64,000 bases of DNA from the NCBI GenBank assembly GCA_902571865.1, contig CACGDO010000001.1:82315-146314 (forward strand). The letters are read 5' to 3'. Each line of letters opens with the position of its first letter. The first letter of the stretch is position 1. Below are positions 1-10,290 of this stretch, one piece after another. A model generated the notes under the pieces. The model was not told the DNA's origin. It saw only the letters and a program-made list of their open reading frames with translations, and did not search any database. The translations under genes were made by a program, and so were the position numbers. The DNA is from an uncultured Alphaproteobacteria bacterium. Lineage in GTDB: Bacteria; Pseudomonadota; Alphaproteobacteria; HIMB59; GCA-002718135.

Positions 1-1
1 T

Positions 2-916
2 TTTATAGGTATAGGAAACGTTGGATCAAACCTTGCAAATAATTTATTAAAATCAAATAATAATGTATTTGTTTATGATAAAAACAAAAAATCTTATTCA
101 AGATTAAAAAAATTAAAAAACAAACCCTGTAAGACTTTAGATGAATTAATAGAAAAAAGTAATATTATAATAACTTGCCTACCTTCTCCCAAATCAGTTA
201 ATATTGTTATTGAAACCTTATTAAAATATGTAACAAAAAAAAATATTTGGATTGAAATGAGTACAACAGATAAAGATGAAATGATTAGATTATCAAAAAA
301 AGTAAATTCCAAAGGTGCTAACGTATTAGAATGCCCAATTACTGGCGGAGAGCATAGAGCTAAATCGGGCAATATTTCTATTTTAGCTGCTGGCAAAAAA
401 TCAACTTTCAAAAAATGTTTCCCAATTTTATCATTGCTTGGTCATGAAATTTTATACTGTGGAAAAATTGGAAATGCCTCAATATTAAAAGTAATTACAA
501 ATTATTTAGCATCATTACATTTAGTAGGTATAGGCGAGGCACTTAGTGTTGCAAAAAAAAATAAAATTGATTTAGGTTTAACGTATAAAGCTATAAAAAT
601 AAGCTCTGGAAATAGTTTTGTTAATGAAACTGAAACTAAGGTTATACTTGGAGGCAGTTATGATGTTGGATTTACAATGGATCTAGTCAATAAAGATATA
701 AATCTTTTTAATAAACTTGGAAAAAATATAAATTTAGAACTGGGTAATTATCTAAGTAAAAAATTTAAACTTGGTATGAAAATTTTAGGTAAAAGATCAT
801 TTAGTACTAGTATTATTAAATTAATTGAAAAAGATGAAAAAATTAAATTAAGAGCAAAAAATTTCCCAAAACAATTAATTGATAAACTAAAAAAACAAAA
901 AGGTGTGGAAGTATAA
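2..916 (+). CDS. NAD(P)-dependent oxidoreductase, 3-hydroxyisobutyrate dehydrogenase / tartronate semialdehyde reductase family (5'-partial)
   Basis: The frame of ORF 257..916 is open back to base 2 and reads FIGIGNVGSNLA (Rossmann GxGxxG)...CLPSP...LECPITGG...KVITN. The start lies upstream of the window. Confidence 0.85.
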   Translation, partial: FIGIGNVGSNLANNLLKSNNNVFVYDKNKKSYSRLKKLKNKPCKTLDELIEKSNIIITCLPSPKSVNIVIETLLKYVTKKNIWIEMSTTDKDEMIRLSKKVNSKGANVLECPITGGEHRAKSGNISILAAGKKSTFKKCFPILSLLGHEILYCGKIGNASILKVITNYLASLHLVGIGEALSVAKKNKIDLGLTYKAIKISSGNSFVNETETKVILGGSYDVGFTMDLVNKDINLFNKLGKNINLELGNYLSKKFKLGMKILGKRSFSTSIIKLIEKDEKIKLRAKNFPKQLIDKLKKQKGVEV

Positions 917-917
917 T

Positions 918-1871
918 ATGTCAGATAAAAAATCATTACCTGCCGATCTAGATCCAAGAAATCCAAGTTATGCTTACAAAAATAAATATAATGAACATGT
1001 GGAAAATACTGATCAATTCAATAACTATGTCAAGTCTACTGAAGTTAAAAAAGTTTTTTCTGGAATGTTATGGGGAGAAGGACCGGCTTATATTCCTCAT
1101 TTAGATACATTAGTCTGGAGCGATATACCAAACAACAGGATGCTAAAGTTATCAAATGATTCAGTATCTGAATATAAAAATCCCTCCAACTATTGTAATG
1201 GAAATACTATTGACAATGAAGAGAATGTAATTTCTTGTTCACATGGAGGAAGATGTATCTATAAAACTAATGATAATTTAGAAGTGGAAGTCTTAGTTGA
1301 TAGTTATAATGGTAAGAAACTTAACTCTCCAAATGACCTATTTGTTAAATCGGATGATACAATTTGGTTTACAGATCCACCTTATGGTATTCTATCAGAC
1401 TATGAGGGATATCCTGGTGAGCAAGAATATGGTGGTTGTAATGTGTTTTCTTTTGATCCTAAACTAAATACTTTAAAAGTTATGATTGAAGACCTTGATA
1501 GACCAAATGGAATTGCTATTTCTCCAGACGAAAAAAAATTATATGTTGCAGATACTGGAGAAAATATCAAACATTTGTATGTTTATGATATGATTGACGG
1601 ATTACCCATTAACAGAAAATTAATTTATGATTTTAAACCCTTTTTCTCTGATGGTTTTAGATGTGATAAAGATGGTAATGTTTGGACAAGTGCAGGAAAA
1701 GCAATTAAGTGTTTTAATCCTCAAAACGAATTAATTGGGCAACTTATAATCCCTGAATTAGTATCAAATTTAGAATTTGGAGGAGTGGAAGGAAATATCT
1801 TGTACATAACAGCCACAACTAGTTTATATTCAATTGAATTAAATCAACAAGGTGCCAGATTTTATGAATAA
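918..1871 (+). CDS. SMP-30/gluconolactonase family protein
   Basis: WGEGP, WSDIPNNR, NGNT, LNSPND, PNGIAISPDE and DGFRCD motifs. ATG at 918 preferred to GTG at 903, which overlaps the upstream gene. Confidence 0.9.
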   Translation: MSDKKSLPADLDPRNPSYAYKNKYNEHVENTDQFNNYVKSTEVKKVFSGMLWGEGPAYIPHLDTLVWSDIPNNRMLKLSNDSVSEYKNPSNYCNGNTIDNEENVISCSHGGRCIYKTNDNLEVEVLVDSYNGKKLNSPNDLFVKSDDTIWFTDPPYGILSDYEGYPGEQEYGGCNVFSFDPKLNTLKVMIEDLDRPNGIAISPDEKKLYVADTGENIKHLYVYDMIDGLPINRKLIYDFKPFFSDGFRCDKDGNVWTSAGKAIKCFNPQNELIGQLIIPELVSNLEFGGVEGNILYITATTSLYSIELNQQGARFYE

Positions 1872-2199
1872 ACCTTTATCTTCAGGAAAGTGTGAACCAT
1901 GCAATGGGAACACTCCTAAATTAGATTATCAAGAAATTAGTAAATTTTTATCTGAACTCAATGAATGGTCAGTTAATGACAATCAAGAAATGATTTTCAA
2001 AAAATTTAAATTCAGCAATTTTAAAAAAGCTATATCATTTGCAAATGAAGTAGGTGAAGTAGCAGAAAAAGAAGGTCATCATCCCGATATATCAATAGGA
2101 TGGGGTTATTGTTTAGTTATGGTCCATACTCACGCAATAGAGGGATTATCAGTTAATGATTTTATATTAGCTTCCAAAATTGATTTAATTAAAAGATAA
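1864..2199 (+). CDS. phhB: Pterin-4-alpha-carbinolamine dehydratase
   Basis: AEKEGHHPDI and THAIEGLSVNDFILASKID signatures; N-terminal CEPC. ATG at 1864 assumed. Confidence 0.9.
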   Translation: MNKPLSSGKCEPCNGNTPKLDYQEISKFLSELNEWSVNDNQEMIFKKFKFSNFKKAISFANEVGEVAEKEGHHPDISIGWGYCLVMVHTHAIEGLSVNDFILASKIDLIKR

Positions 2200-2203
2200 T
2201 TTA

Positions 2204-3580
2204 ATGAAAAAAAAAATTTTTATTTGCGGTATTAGTACTGAATGCTGCTCTTATTCAACATTAATACAAAATAAAAAAGATTTTGAAGTTTTAAGTGGAA
2301 AAAAACTTTTAAAATATATAAATTTTCCATATTCCAAACATAATAATATAACATTTATACCAAATAAATTTTATCGAAGTTTGCCTGGTGGGCCTGTAGA
2401 TAAAAATTTTTTTATAAAAACAATTAACAATATCACAAATGATTTAATAAAATCAAAACCTATTGATGGTATTTTGCTAATCATGCATGGTGCGATGTAT
2501 GTCAAAGGTATTAGTGATCCCGAAGGTTTTTTTATTAAAAAAATTCGCTCTAAAGTATCTAAAAACTGTAAAATATCATTATCTTATGATCTTCATGGGC
2601 AGATGACTGATTCAATTATAAAAAATATTAATTATTTTGCAGCATATAAAACAGCCCCACATATCGACGTTAAACAAACTTATTCAAGGTCATTGAAAAT
2701 GTTAATAGATGGAATATTAAAAAATAAAAATAACTATATTATTTGGGAAAAAATACCAGTTTTAGTTTCAGGTGAAATGTCATCAACAATAGTTGAGCCA
2801 TGTAAAAAAATTTATAAAAATCTTAATATATTTAATAAATTAAAAGGAATTAATGATTGTAATTTACTTATTGGATATGTTTGGGCTGATACTAAGAGGG
2901 CAACAGCTTCTGCAATTGTAAATTGTACAGATGTTAATATTGGTAAAAAAATATGTAAGAAAATAGCACTAAGTTATTGGAATAATAGGTTTAAATTAGT
3001 TTATGATATGAAATCTTATAAGTTAAATAAGATTTTTCATGTAGTTAATAAAAAAAGATTTACAATTTTAGCCGATAGCGGAGACAATCCAACAGCTGGA
3101 GGAGTAGGTAGTAGAATTGATGTATTAGAGCACGTATTTAAAAATAAGATACATAACACTCTATTTGCAGGAATTTATAATGAAGAAATTTTTAGAGAGC
3201 TAAAAAATAAAAGAAACAAAATTCTCATAAAAGATACTTTCTCAAAAAAGAAAATTTCTATTTCGATTGATAAATTTTATCTAAAAAATGATAATGCGAT
3301 TGTAACCTCAAATTATAATACAATAATTTTTACAAAGTATAGAAAACCTTTTCATTATCTAAGAGATTTTAAGGAATTAAATATAAATTTAAAAAAATAT
3401 AAAATATTAATTGTAAAATCAGGATATCTTTCACCAGAGCTTAAAAAACTTAAGGCGGATAATTTTATGATTTTAACAGATGGATTTGTTACTCAAGATT
3501 TTAAAAGAATTAAAAATTTATTTAGAGAAAAGCGAATTTATCCTTTCCAAAAAAATTTTAGATATAATATAACTATTTAA
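2204..3580 (+). CDS. M81 family metallopeptidase (MlrC-like)
   Basis: ISTEC, MHGAM, YDLHG, YKTAPHID, DSGDNPTAGG and VKSGY motifs. Confidence 0.8.
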   Translation: MKKKIFICGISTECCSYSTLIQNKKDFEVLSGKKLLKYINFPYSKHNNITFIPNKFYRSLPGGPVDKNFFIKTINNITNDLIKSKPIDGILLIMHGAMYVKGISDPEGFFIKKIRSKVSKNCKISLSYDLHGQMTDSIIKNINYFAAYKTAPHIDVKQTYSRSLKMLIDGILKNKNNYIIWEKIPVLVSGEMSSTIVEPCKKIYKNLNIFNKLKGINDCNLLIGYVWADTKRATASAIVNCTDVNIGKKICKKIALSYWNNRFKLVYDMKSYKLNKIFHVVNKKRFTILADSGDNPTAGGVGSRIDVLEHVFKNKIHNTLFAGIYNEEIFRELKNKRNKILIKDTFSKKKISISIDKFYLKNDNAIVTSNYNTIIFTKYRKPFHYLRDFKELNINLKKYKILIVKSGYLSPELKKLKADNFMILTDGFVTQDFKRIKNLFREKRIYPFQKNFRYNITI

Positions 3581-4969
3581 TTAAGTACCACAAAAAGTTT
3601 CAAAAACTTTTTCACTTTCTATAGGTGGGGTAATATACTTTTTATTTTCTATTTTCTCATAAGGATTTTTCAGTATTTTTTCGAAATCATATAATTGTTC
3701 GTAATTATTGCTGTACACTTCATTAATTATTTCTTCAATAATATGATTCCTAGGTATAATTTGAGGATTAACATTTTTAAATTTTCTTAATTTATTATTT
3801 TTATATTTTTCTTCCCAATTTTTAAAAATCTTTTTATCAAGAGTATTATTTTCTAAATCTAAAAATGTATTTGTATAATCAAGTTTATAAATATGCATCA
3901 AATCTAAAAATTCTTTAACAATTTCTTCATTATCATTATTAGTATCTAAATTTAATTTCATAGACATCATTGCTAACCAAGATTGATCAAACAATTTTTT
4001 ATATTTATTTAATATATCTTCGATTTTTTTAATTGCTGTTTTTTCATTTGAATCAATTAAATGAAGAAAAGTTTCAGCAAATCTTGCTAAATTCCACAAC
4101 GTTATTTTTGATTGATTTTCAAAAGAATATCTTCCCATTTTATCAATTGAGCTAAAAACTTTTTTTGGATTATATTCATCCAAATATGCCGCTGGACCAT
4201 AATCTATAGTTTCACCAGATAAAGACATGTTATCTGTATTCATAACACCATGAATAAAACCAACTCTCATCCAATTTACAACTAACTTAATTTGTAAATC
4301 ACAAATTCTCTCATAAAATTTTAAATATTTATCATTATTATTAACTATATCAGGATACAGTCTTGAAATTGTATAAGATATAAAATTTTGAAATTCTTCT
4401 CTATTTTTTAAAAGACTTCCGAATTGAAAAGTTCCCACTCTAATATGCGAATTCGCAACTCTAATTAAAATTGCGCCAGGCTCTAATCTATCCCGCAATA
4501 CGTTTTCACCTGTAGTAATAACAGCTAGTGCTCTGGTTGAAGATATGCCAAGATTATGCATAGCTTCACTCAATATGTATTCCCTTATCATTGGGCCTAA
4601 TGCAGCTTTTCCGTCTCCATTTCTGGAGTAAGGTGTCTGGCCTGATCCTTTTAACTGTATATCTACCCTTTGTTTATTATTAGTAATATGTTCACCAATA
4701 ATTACAGCTCTACCATCGCCTAAAATTGTAAAATTTCCAAATTGATGTCCAGCATAAGCTTGAGAAAAGTAATTTTTATTTAATTTATTTTTTCCCAAAA
4801 GAATATTACACTTTTCATCATCATCATATTTACTAAAATCTAAATTTAACTGCCTTGCAAGATCAGTATTAAACAAAACTAATTTTTTATTACTAAAATT
4901 TTCAGGATTAACTTTACTATAAAAAATACTAGGTAATTTCGTATAACTATCTTGAAAATTCCAAACCAT
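3581..4969 (-). CDS. ydiU: Protein adenylyltransferase SelO/YdiU
   Basis: YAGHQFG, LGDGRA, QLKGSGQTPYSRNGDGKA, HGVMNTDN, IDYGP and C-terminal TFCGT. Confidence 0.95.
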   Translation of the reverse strand: MVWNFQDSYTKLPSIFYSKVNPENFSNKKLVLFNTDLARQLNLDFSKYDDDEKCNILLGKNKLNKNYFSQAYAGHQFGNFTILGDGRAVIIGEHITNNKQRVDIQLKGSGQTPYSRNGDGKAALGPMIREYILSEAMHNLGISSTRALAVITTGENVLRDRLEPGAILIRVANSHIRVGTFQFGSLLKNREEFQNFISYTISRLYPDIVNNNDKYLKFYERICDLQIKLVVNWMRVGFIHGVMNTDNMSLSGETIDYGPAAYLDEYNPKKVFSSIDKMGRYSFENQSKITLWNLARFAETFLHLIDSNEKTAIKKIEDILNKYKKLFDQSWLAMMSMKLNLDTNNDNEEIVKEFLDLMHIYKLDYTNTFLDLENNTLDKKIFKNWEEKYKNNKLRKFKNVNPQIIPRNHIIEEIINEVYSNNYEQLYDFEKILKNPYEKIENKKYITPPIESEKVFETFCGT

Positions 4970-5039
4970 TTTAAATAAATATATATAAATTTTTTAAATT
5001 TAACATCTACAACTTTAGTATATAAGTGTTAAGTCAGCA

Positions 5040-5822
5040 ATGGATACCATAATTGATATAGTTAATCAGTCAAAACATCCAATAGATAGTGATGAATATA
5101 TTCAATATTGCAATGATGAAATTAAAAAAAATTCTATACTAATATTAAATGATTTTTTAACAAATGGTTGCTTAAGTGAATTAATTACTGAAGCACATGG
5201 ATTACAAGATCAAGCTTTCTATTGTTCTCAAAATCATACCATCTTACTTAATAAACAAGATAAATTAAGTGACTTGAATGATCCTTTAAATAGAGAGGTC
5301 GTAAGTGATAAAGGTTGTGTTCCTCATGATCTGCTTAATCAGCAATCAAAATTAAATATTTTATATCGATCAAATATTTTTAAAAATTTTTTAAAAGGTG
5401 TCTTAAATTTAAAAGATATTTATCCATACAGTGATACCTTATCTTCTATAAATTATAATTATTATCAAAAATCACAACAGCTAGGATGGCATTTTGATAA
5501 TGCATCATTTGCTATCACTTTAATGATACAATCATCAGATAAAGGTGGTGAATTTGAATATGTTAGTAAAGGTAGAAATTTTTCAGAAAACTATATCGAT
5601 AAATCATATATTAAAGATATTTTAGATAGAAAAATTTTACCACAAAAAGCAGATGTTGATTCCGGTACTCTTATATTATTTTATGGTAGAAATTATTTGC
5701 ATCGTGTAACACCAGTAGAGTCAGAAAAACCAAGAATATTAGTAACACTAAATTATAATGAAGAGGAAGGTACAATGCTTTCAGAAAATGCAAGATTAAC
5801 CTTTTTTGGTAGAATTAACTAA
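5040..5822 (+). CDS. 2OG-Fe(II) oxygenase, BesD/HalD-like fold, HxD (hydroxylase-type) motif
   Basis: LGWHFDNASFAITL, GGEFEY, LHRVTP and C-terminal R-I-L-V-T-L-N-Y. Confidence 0.7.
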   Translation: MDTIIDIVNQSKHPIDSDEYIQYCNDEIKKNSILILNDFLTNGCLSELITEAHGLQDQAFYCSQNHTILLNKQDKLSDLNDPLNREVVSDKGCVPHDLLNQQSKLNILYRSNIFKNFLKGVLNLKDIYPYSDTLSSINYNYYQKSQQLGWHFDNASFAITLMIQSSDKGGEFEYVSKGRNFSENYIDKSYIKDILDRKILPQKADVDSGTLILFYGRNYLHRVTPVESEKPRILVTLNYNEEEGTMLSENARLTFFGRIN

Positions 5823-6610
5823 TTATGATTAAAGAAAAATAATTGTTTTCCATTTACTCGATAATTATTAATCAATTTTTTTGCTTCTTCTGATGTAATC
5901 CAATCAATATATTTTTTAGCCTCTTCAATATTTAAATTATTATTTAACTTATTGTTTACTAAAATTATTCCATATTGATTAAATAATGGCGGTAAATTTT
6001 CACAGACAATTTGTAAATTTTCTTTTTTATTAAAAGCTATCCAAGTGCTACGATCACTAAGAGTGTAAGCATTTTTTTGATTAGCTATTAATAATGTCGA
6101 TCCCATTCCCTGACCAACACTGAGATACCAATTTTCTTCAAATGGTACTCTTATATTTGATAATTCCCAAAGTTCTTTTTCTTTTTTGTGCGTGCCACTC
6201 TCATCACCTCTAGATACAAATAAAAATTTTGATTTTTTAATTTCAATCATTTTATTTTCAATTGAAGAGCATGTTTTTTTATCTTTTTTAGGTCCTATCA
6301 AGACAAAATCATTATACATCAAATCATGTCTAAGAATCCCATACCCATTATTCATAAATTCTAGTTCTGATTTTCTATGATGAACTAATAAAATTTCAAC
6401 ATTGCCATCCATTGCAACTTTAATTGCCTGCCCTGTTCCTAGAGATAATGCTCTAACTTTTGTCTGATATTTATTTTCAAATTTTTTGTTAATATATTCT
6501 AATAGACCCGTATCGTGAGTAGAAGTTGTGCTAGCTATGGTTATATATTTATTAGCAAATGCATTCTTAAACAAAAAAATTAAAATAAATATTAGAAAAA
6601 CTCTAATCAT
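5819..6610 (-). CDS. tupA: Tungstate/oxyanion ABC transporter substrate-binding protein (TupA-like)
   Basis: Signal peptide, ASTTSTHDTGLL, GTGQAI, SRGDESGTHKKE, GQGMG and YTLSDR. Confidence 0.85.
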   Translation of the reverse strand: MIRVFLIFILIFLFKNAFANKYITIASTTSTHDTGLLEYINKKFENKYQTKVRALSLGTGQAIKVAMDGNVEILLVHHRKSELEFMNNGYGILRHDLMYNDFVLIGPKKDKKTCSSIENKMIEIKKSKFLFVSRGDESGTHKKEKELWELSNIRVPFEENWYLSVGQGMGSTLLIANQKNAYTLSDRSTWIAFNKKENLQIVCENLPPLFNQYGIILVNNKLNNNLNIEEAKKYIDWITSEEAKKLINNYRVNGKQLFFFNHN

Positions 6611-6670
6611 AAAACTTGATACATCTTATAGTACTTACTAAATATATTTATATATTTTGAAAGGATAGTT

Positions 6671-6856
6671 ATGAAAATTATTAAAGTTTTAGAAAAAACT
6701 GAATTAGTTATAGTCGATTTAGAGGTAAATCTAGGTAAAGAAAAAAGAAATGGTTTAACATTATGCGTTAAATATAATGGTGATTATTACCCATTAAATA
6801 CTGCACATGATGGAAGACCAATTTTAATGAATAAAGAGAATGTTATTAAAAATTAA
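6671..6856 (+). CDS. Small hypothetical protein (61 aa)
   Basis: ORF fills the spacer, with a GGA-like RBS upstream. The sequence resembles a small beta-rich protein. Confidence 0.65.
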   Translation: MKIIKVLEKTELVIVDLEVNLGKEKRNGLTLCVKYNGDYYPLNTAHDGRPILMNKENVIKN

Positions 6857-7193
6857 AGTTAAATTTTTTAATTATAAACATGAAAATTGCATAAGCTATT
6901 GCAGTACTGAATATTGAAACAATTAGTGAAAAAACAAAATTTTGTTTAAATTTCAGAAGAATAGGTAAAACAATAAAAAAAACAAAAGAAGGAATACTCA
7001 TAACAATTGTACTATAAGATAAGTCTATTACTTTTTGATAATCCTTTGTGTCCCAATATAACCATATAAAAGCCAATAAAGATGTTAGTGGTAAGGAAAC
7101 AATTATTGCAGCAGTCCAAGTATATTTTTTTGCTATTTCAGATACTGCAACAATTATAATAGCACTTATTATAGTTTTAAGAAAAAAATACAT
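6846..7193 (-). CDS. Small membrane protein, DUF3147-like
   Basis: Four hydrophobic helices; SEIAK...SLPLTS pattern. Confidence 0.7.
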   Translation of the reverse strand: MYFFLKTIISAIIIVAVSEIAKKYTWTAAIIVSLPLTSLLAFIWLYWDTKDYQKVIDLSYSTIVMSIPSFVFFIVLPILLKFKQNFVFSLIVSIFSTAIAYAIFMFIIKKFNFNF

Positions 7194-8053
7194 TATTTAC
7201 TCACATTTGTTCTTGTAGCTATATAGACACCAAATGTACAAATTAACAGTCCAATAATATCAATTATAAATAATTTTTCATCTAAAACAAACCAAGCCAT
7301 TACAGCAGTCGTTGGAGGAACAAGGAAAAAAAGACTGCTAGTTTTAGAAGCTGTTCCATTTTTTATTAAATACATAAGTATTGCGTAAGCTCCAAAAGAC
7401 ACCATAATGATTTGCCACGATATTGATAAAATAAATCGTGTATCAAAATTAATAAATGATATTTCAAAAAATAATGAAATTATAAATAAAAATATTCCAG
7501 CACTTAATGCTTGATAAAAATTATTAACTGAAAGACTTATTTCATGAGTAAATTTTTTTTGCCAAATAGTAGCTGAAGTTGCCCCTAAAAGTGCAACAAT
7601 AGAAGCAATAACACCTATTGTTGGGATTTCTGTTCCAATATCATAACCTATAACTAATATAGTACCTAAAAAACCAAAAAATATTCCTATCCATTGCGTA
7701 ACAGTAACTTTTTCTTTTAAAATAGGTCCACTTAGAATATTTGTTAAAATAGGTTGGAGGCATACAATTAACGCAGATAATGTTGCAGTAAGTCCCATAG
7801 AATAAGAAAAAAATACTCCACCTAAATAAAATCCATGAAAAAGAATTCCAGTAATCATAGCTTGAAAGATTAAATTTAGATTTATTCTTATTCTTTCTGT
7901 AAGAATAATAGATAAAATTAAAAAAAATGCACTTACAATACAAAACCTAAAACATAATGCAGCAAAAGGGCTTGCTGATTGCACAATAAATTGACCACTT
8001 ATAAAAGCACTACTCCAAAAAAAGATAAATAAATATGAAAGATATAGGTTCAT
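7193..8053 (-). CDS. DMT/EamA family transporter
   Basis: About 10 TM helices; WSSAFI, QPILT and LVPP motifs. Confidence 0.9.
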   Translation of the reverse strand: MNLYLSYLFIFFWSSAFISGQFIVQSASPFAALCFRFCIVSAFFLILSIILTERIRINLNLIFQAMITGILFHGFYLGGVFFSYSMGLTATLSALIVCLQPILTNILSGPILKEKVTVTQWIGIFFGFLGTILVIGYDIGTEIPTIGVIASIVALLGATSATIWQKKFTHEISLSVNNFYQALSAGIFLFIISLFFEISFINFDTRFILSISWQIIMVSFGAYAILMYLIKNGTASKTSSLFFLVPPTTAVMAWFVLDEKLFIIDIIGLLICTFGVYIATRTNVSK

Positions 8054-8113
8054 TATAAATAATAATTCTATTCTTTATTTATAAATGTTATGAAAATTTA
8101 TTCATAGAATAAA

Positions 8114-8515
8114 ATGCTTAGCAATAAAATCAATTTTTTTTGTCCAAATTGTAGTTCAGATAAATATATTGGTAAAACTACTATAGGAAAAAACTATAAA
8201 GATGAACCATATAAAAATGTAACATCTGAAATACAATGCGCCAAGTGTTTTATGGATATTCCATCAATTATTTCAGAAAATATTTCTCCTGATAAGCAAA
8301 ATGAAATGTCCAAACTTTGGAATGAAATATATAAACCATCACATAAAGAAAGTGCTGCACAATGTTCAAAATGTTTTAGGTATTATTGGGAAATAGAAAA
8401 ATATTTATCTGAACATAATATTTCTGCAAAAGACATTTTCTATCAAACTTATAATCCTAAAAAATCAATTGGAGATTTAATTTGTAAGATTTGTGATCCA
8501 TCATCTTTTAAATAA
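8114..8515 (+). CDS. Hypothetical protein with four CxxC motifs (double zinc-ribbon candidate)
   Basis: CPNC, CAKC, CSKC and CKIC in 133 aa. Confidence 0.7.
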   Translation: MLSNKINFFCPNCSSDKYIGKTTIGKNYKDEPYKNVTSEIQCAKCFMDIPSIISENISPDKQNEMSKLWNEIYKPSHKESAAQCSKCFRYYWEIEKYLSEHNISAKDIFYQTYNPKKSIGDLICKICDPSSFK

Positions 8516-8520
8516 AATTA

Positions 8521-9375
8521 ATGTTAGCATATATTCTTAATATATCAGGTTGGCTGTTATTACCTTTCATGGATGGTATTGCAAAATATCTATCTTCAGA
8601 AATACATTTCATACAAGTTGTTTGGGGTAGATATTTTTTTATGCTTTTAGTTAGTTTTCCACTAGCATTTATATTTTTTAGAAAAGAAATTAGTTTTCCT
8701 AAAACAATTTCAGTACAGCTATTTAGAAGTTTTTTTTTATTTTTATCTACCGTTTTTTTCTTTTATTCAATTTCAGTTATAACTTTAGCAGAAGCTTTAA
8801 CCCTTGCATTTATCTCTCCAATAATAGTGACAATATTATCAATTTTTTATTTAAAAGAAAAAGTTGGAATTCATCGATGGACTGCAGTTTTGATTGGGTT
8901 TTTTGGTGTTATGATCATTATAAGACCAGGTTTTATAGAAATTAATTTTGCATCTTTCTCAGCTATTGCAGCAGGAATTTCATACGCTTTTTACATAATT
9001 TATACTCGAAAATTATCTTTTACAGATAGTGCTGTTGTTACTTTGCTTTTTACAGGTATCGTAGGTTGTATTTTTATATCTCTTATTGTTCCTTTTTACT
9101 GGATAAATTTAGATTTAAGACAATTATTTTTACTTATCTCATTAGCTTCAATTGGAACTTTAGGACATTTTTTAATAATTCTTTCTTTAAGACTTGGAGA
9201 AGCTTCTAAACTAGCTCCTTTGGGTTATTTTGAGATCTCCACAAATATACTTGTTGGATATGCCTTCTTCGGTGATTTGCCTGATATTTGGATTTATTTA
9301 GGATTATCTTTGATTGTTTTTAGTGGTATTTATATTTTTATTAGAGAAAGAAGAGAGATTAAAAAAACTAATTAG
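8521..9375 (+). CDS. DMT/EamA family transporter
   Basis: About 10 TM; LKEKVGIHRW, GVMIIIRPG and ASKLAP. Confidence 0.9.
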   Translation: MLAYILNISGWLLLPFMDGIAKYLSSEIHFIQVVWGRYFFMLLVSFPLAFIFFRKEISFPKTISVQLFRSFFLFLSTVFFFYSISVITLAEALTLAFISPIIVTILSIFYLKEKVGIHRWTAVLIGFFGVMIIIRPGFIEINFASFSAIAAGISYAFYIIYTRKLSFTDSAVVTLLFTGIVGCIFISLIVPFYWINLDLRQLFLLISLASIGTLGHFLIILSLRLGEASKLAPLGYFEISTNILVGYAFFGDLPDIWIYLGLSLIVFSGIYIFIRERREIKKTN

Positions 9376-10222
9376 TTTTTCTAGTTGTTTGATAAATAAA
9401 TATTGTAACAGATCCAAGCAGTAGAGCTCCTCCTATAACTGTATTTAGGGGAGGTATTTCATTTATAACAAGCCAAACCCAAGCAGTACCTAAAACACTT
9501 TCTAATAAAAATATTAGAGCTACTTCGTGTGCTGGAGCAAATTTAGGAGAAATTGTTAAAATCATAAATGGAATAGGTAGTATTAATAAGCACATTATGA
9601 AAAGAAATAAAATTTGATCATTATTTAAATCAAAGTTAATTCCAAATGGTAGAGCGTAAAGAGCTGATATTAAACATCCTAATAAACATGCAGGTACCAA
9701 ATCTTTATTTTTAAATAATCTAACAAGAACCATACTAAAACCCATTCCTATTGCTACAATTAGAGCCATAATATCTCCATATAATCCCGTAGTTGTAAAG
9801 CTTCCTATTCCAATTATTATCATCGCAAGCATAGCAATTAAAATCACTATCCATGTAAAAAGACTAGGTATTTCTTTAAGTATAAAAACTGAAAATAATG
9901 CAGCAAAAATAGGAGCTGATGCAATTAGAACTAATGTATTAGCTACAGCAGTATTTTGAATTGAATATACAAAACAAATATGAGTTATAGCATAGAGAAT
10001 AGAATAGATTATCCCTGGTACACCAATTAGATAAAATGATTTAAGAAAAGATCTTTTGTAAGTATAAATGAGAAAAATTAATATCGTAACAATTGGTAGG
10101 GCACTTCTATAAAATATTAAACTAAAATCATCTAAATTTACTAATCTAATAAATAAACTATCAGGGCTAAGTATTAAAACCCCAACAAATGATAGTATAA
10201 GACCCTTATTTCTTGTTTTCAT
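9368..10222 (-). CDS. DMT/EamA family transporter
   Basis: About 10 TM; LILSPDSL, ASAPIFAA and LLESVLG. Confidence 0.88.
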   Translation of the reverse strand: MKTRNKGLILSFVGVLILSPDSLFIRLVNLDDFSLIFYRSALPIVTILIFLIYTYKRSFLKSFYLIGVPGIIYSILYAITHICFVYSIQNTAVANTLVLIASAPIFAALFSVFILKEIPSLFTWIVILIAMLAMIIIGIGSFTTTGLYGDIMALIVAIGMGFSMVLVRLFKNKDLVPACLLGCLISALYALPFGINFDLNNDQILFLFIMCLLILPIPFMILTISPKFAPAHEVALIFLLESVLGTAWVWLVINEIPPLNTVIGGALLLGSVTIFIYQTTRKTN

Positions 10223-10290
10223 AAATATTTGAAAATAAATAGATTATTAATATATCTATCAGTATCATTCTTTAATTCACACTTGTTTTT

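Noticed and set aside
2204-3580. Microcystin degradation pathway
   Set aside because: No mlrA, mlrB or mlrD is present; an M81 peptidase alone is not diagnostic.
3581-3600. Selenocysteine in SelO
   Set aside because: The C-terminus is TFCGT followed by TAA; there is no in-frame TGA.
5040-5822. Amino-acid halogenase call
   Set aside because: The motif is HFD, with the carboxylate present, not HxG or HxA.
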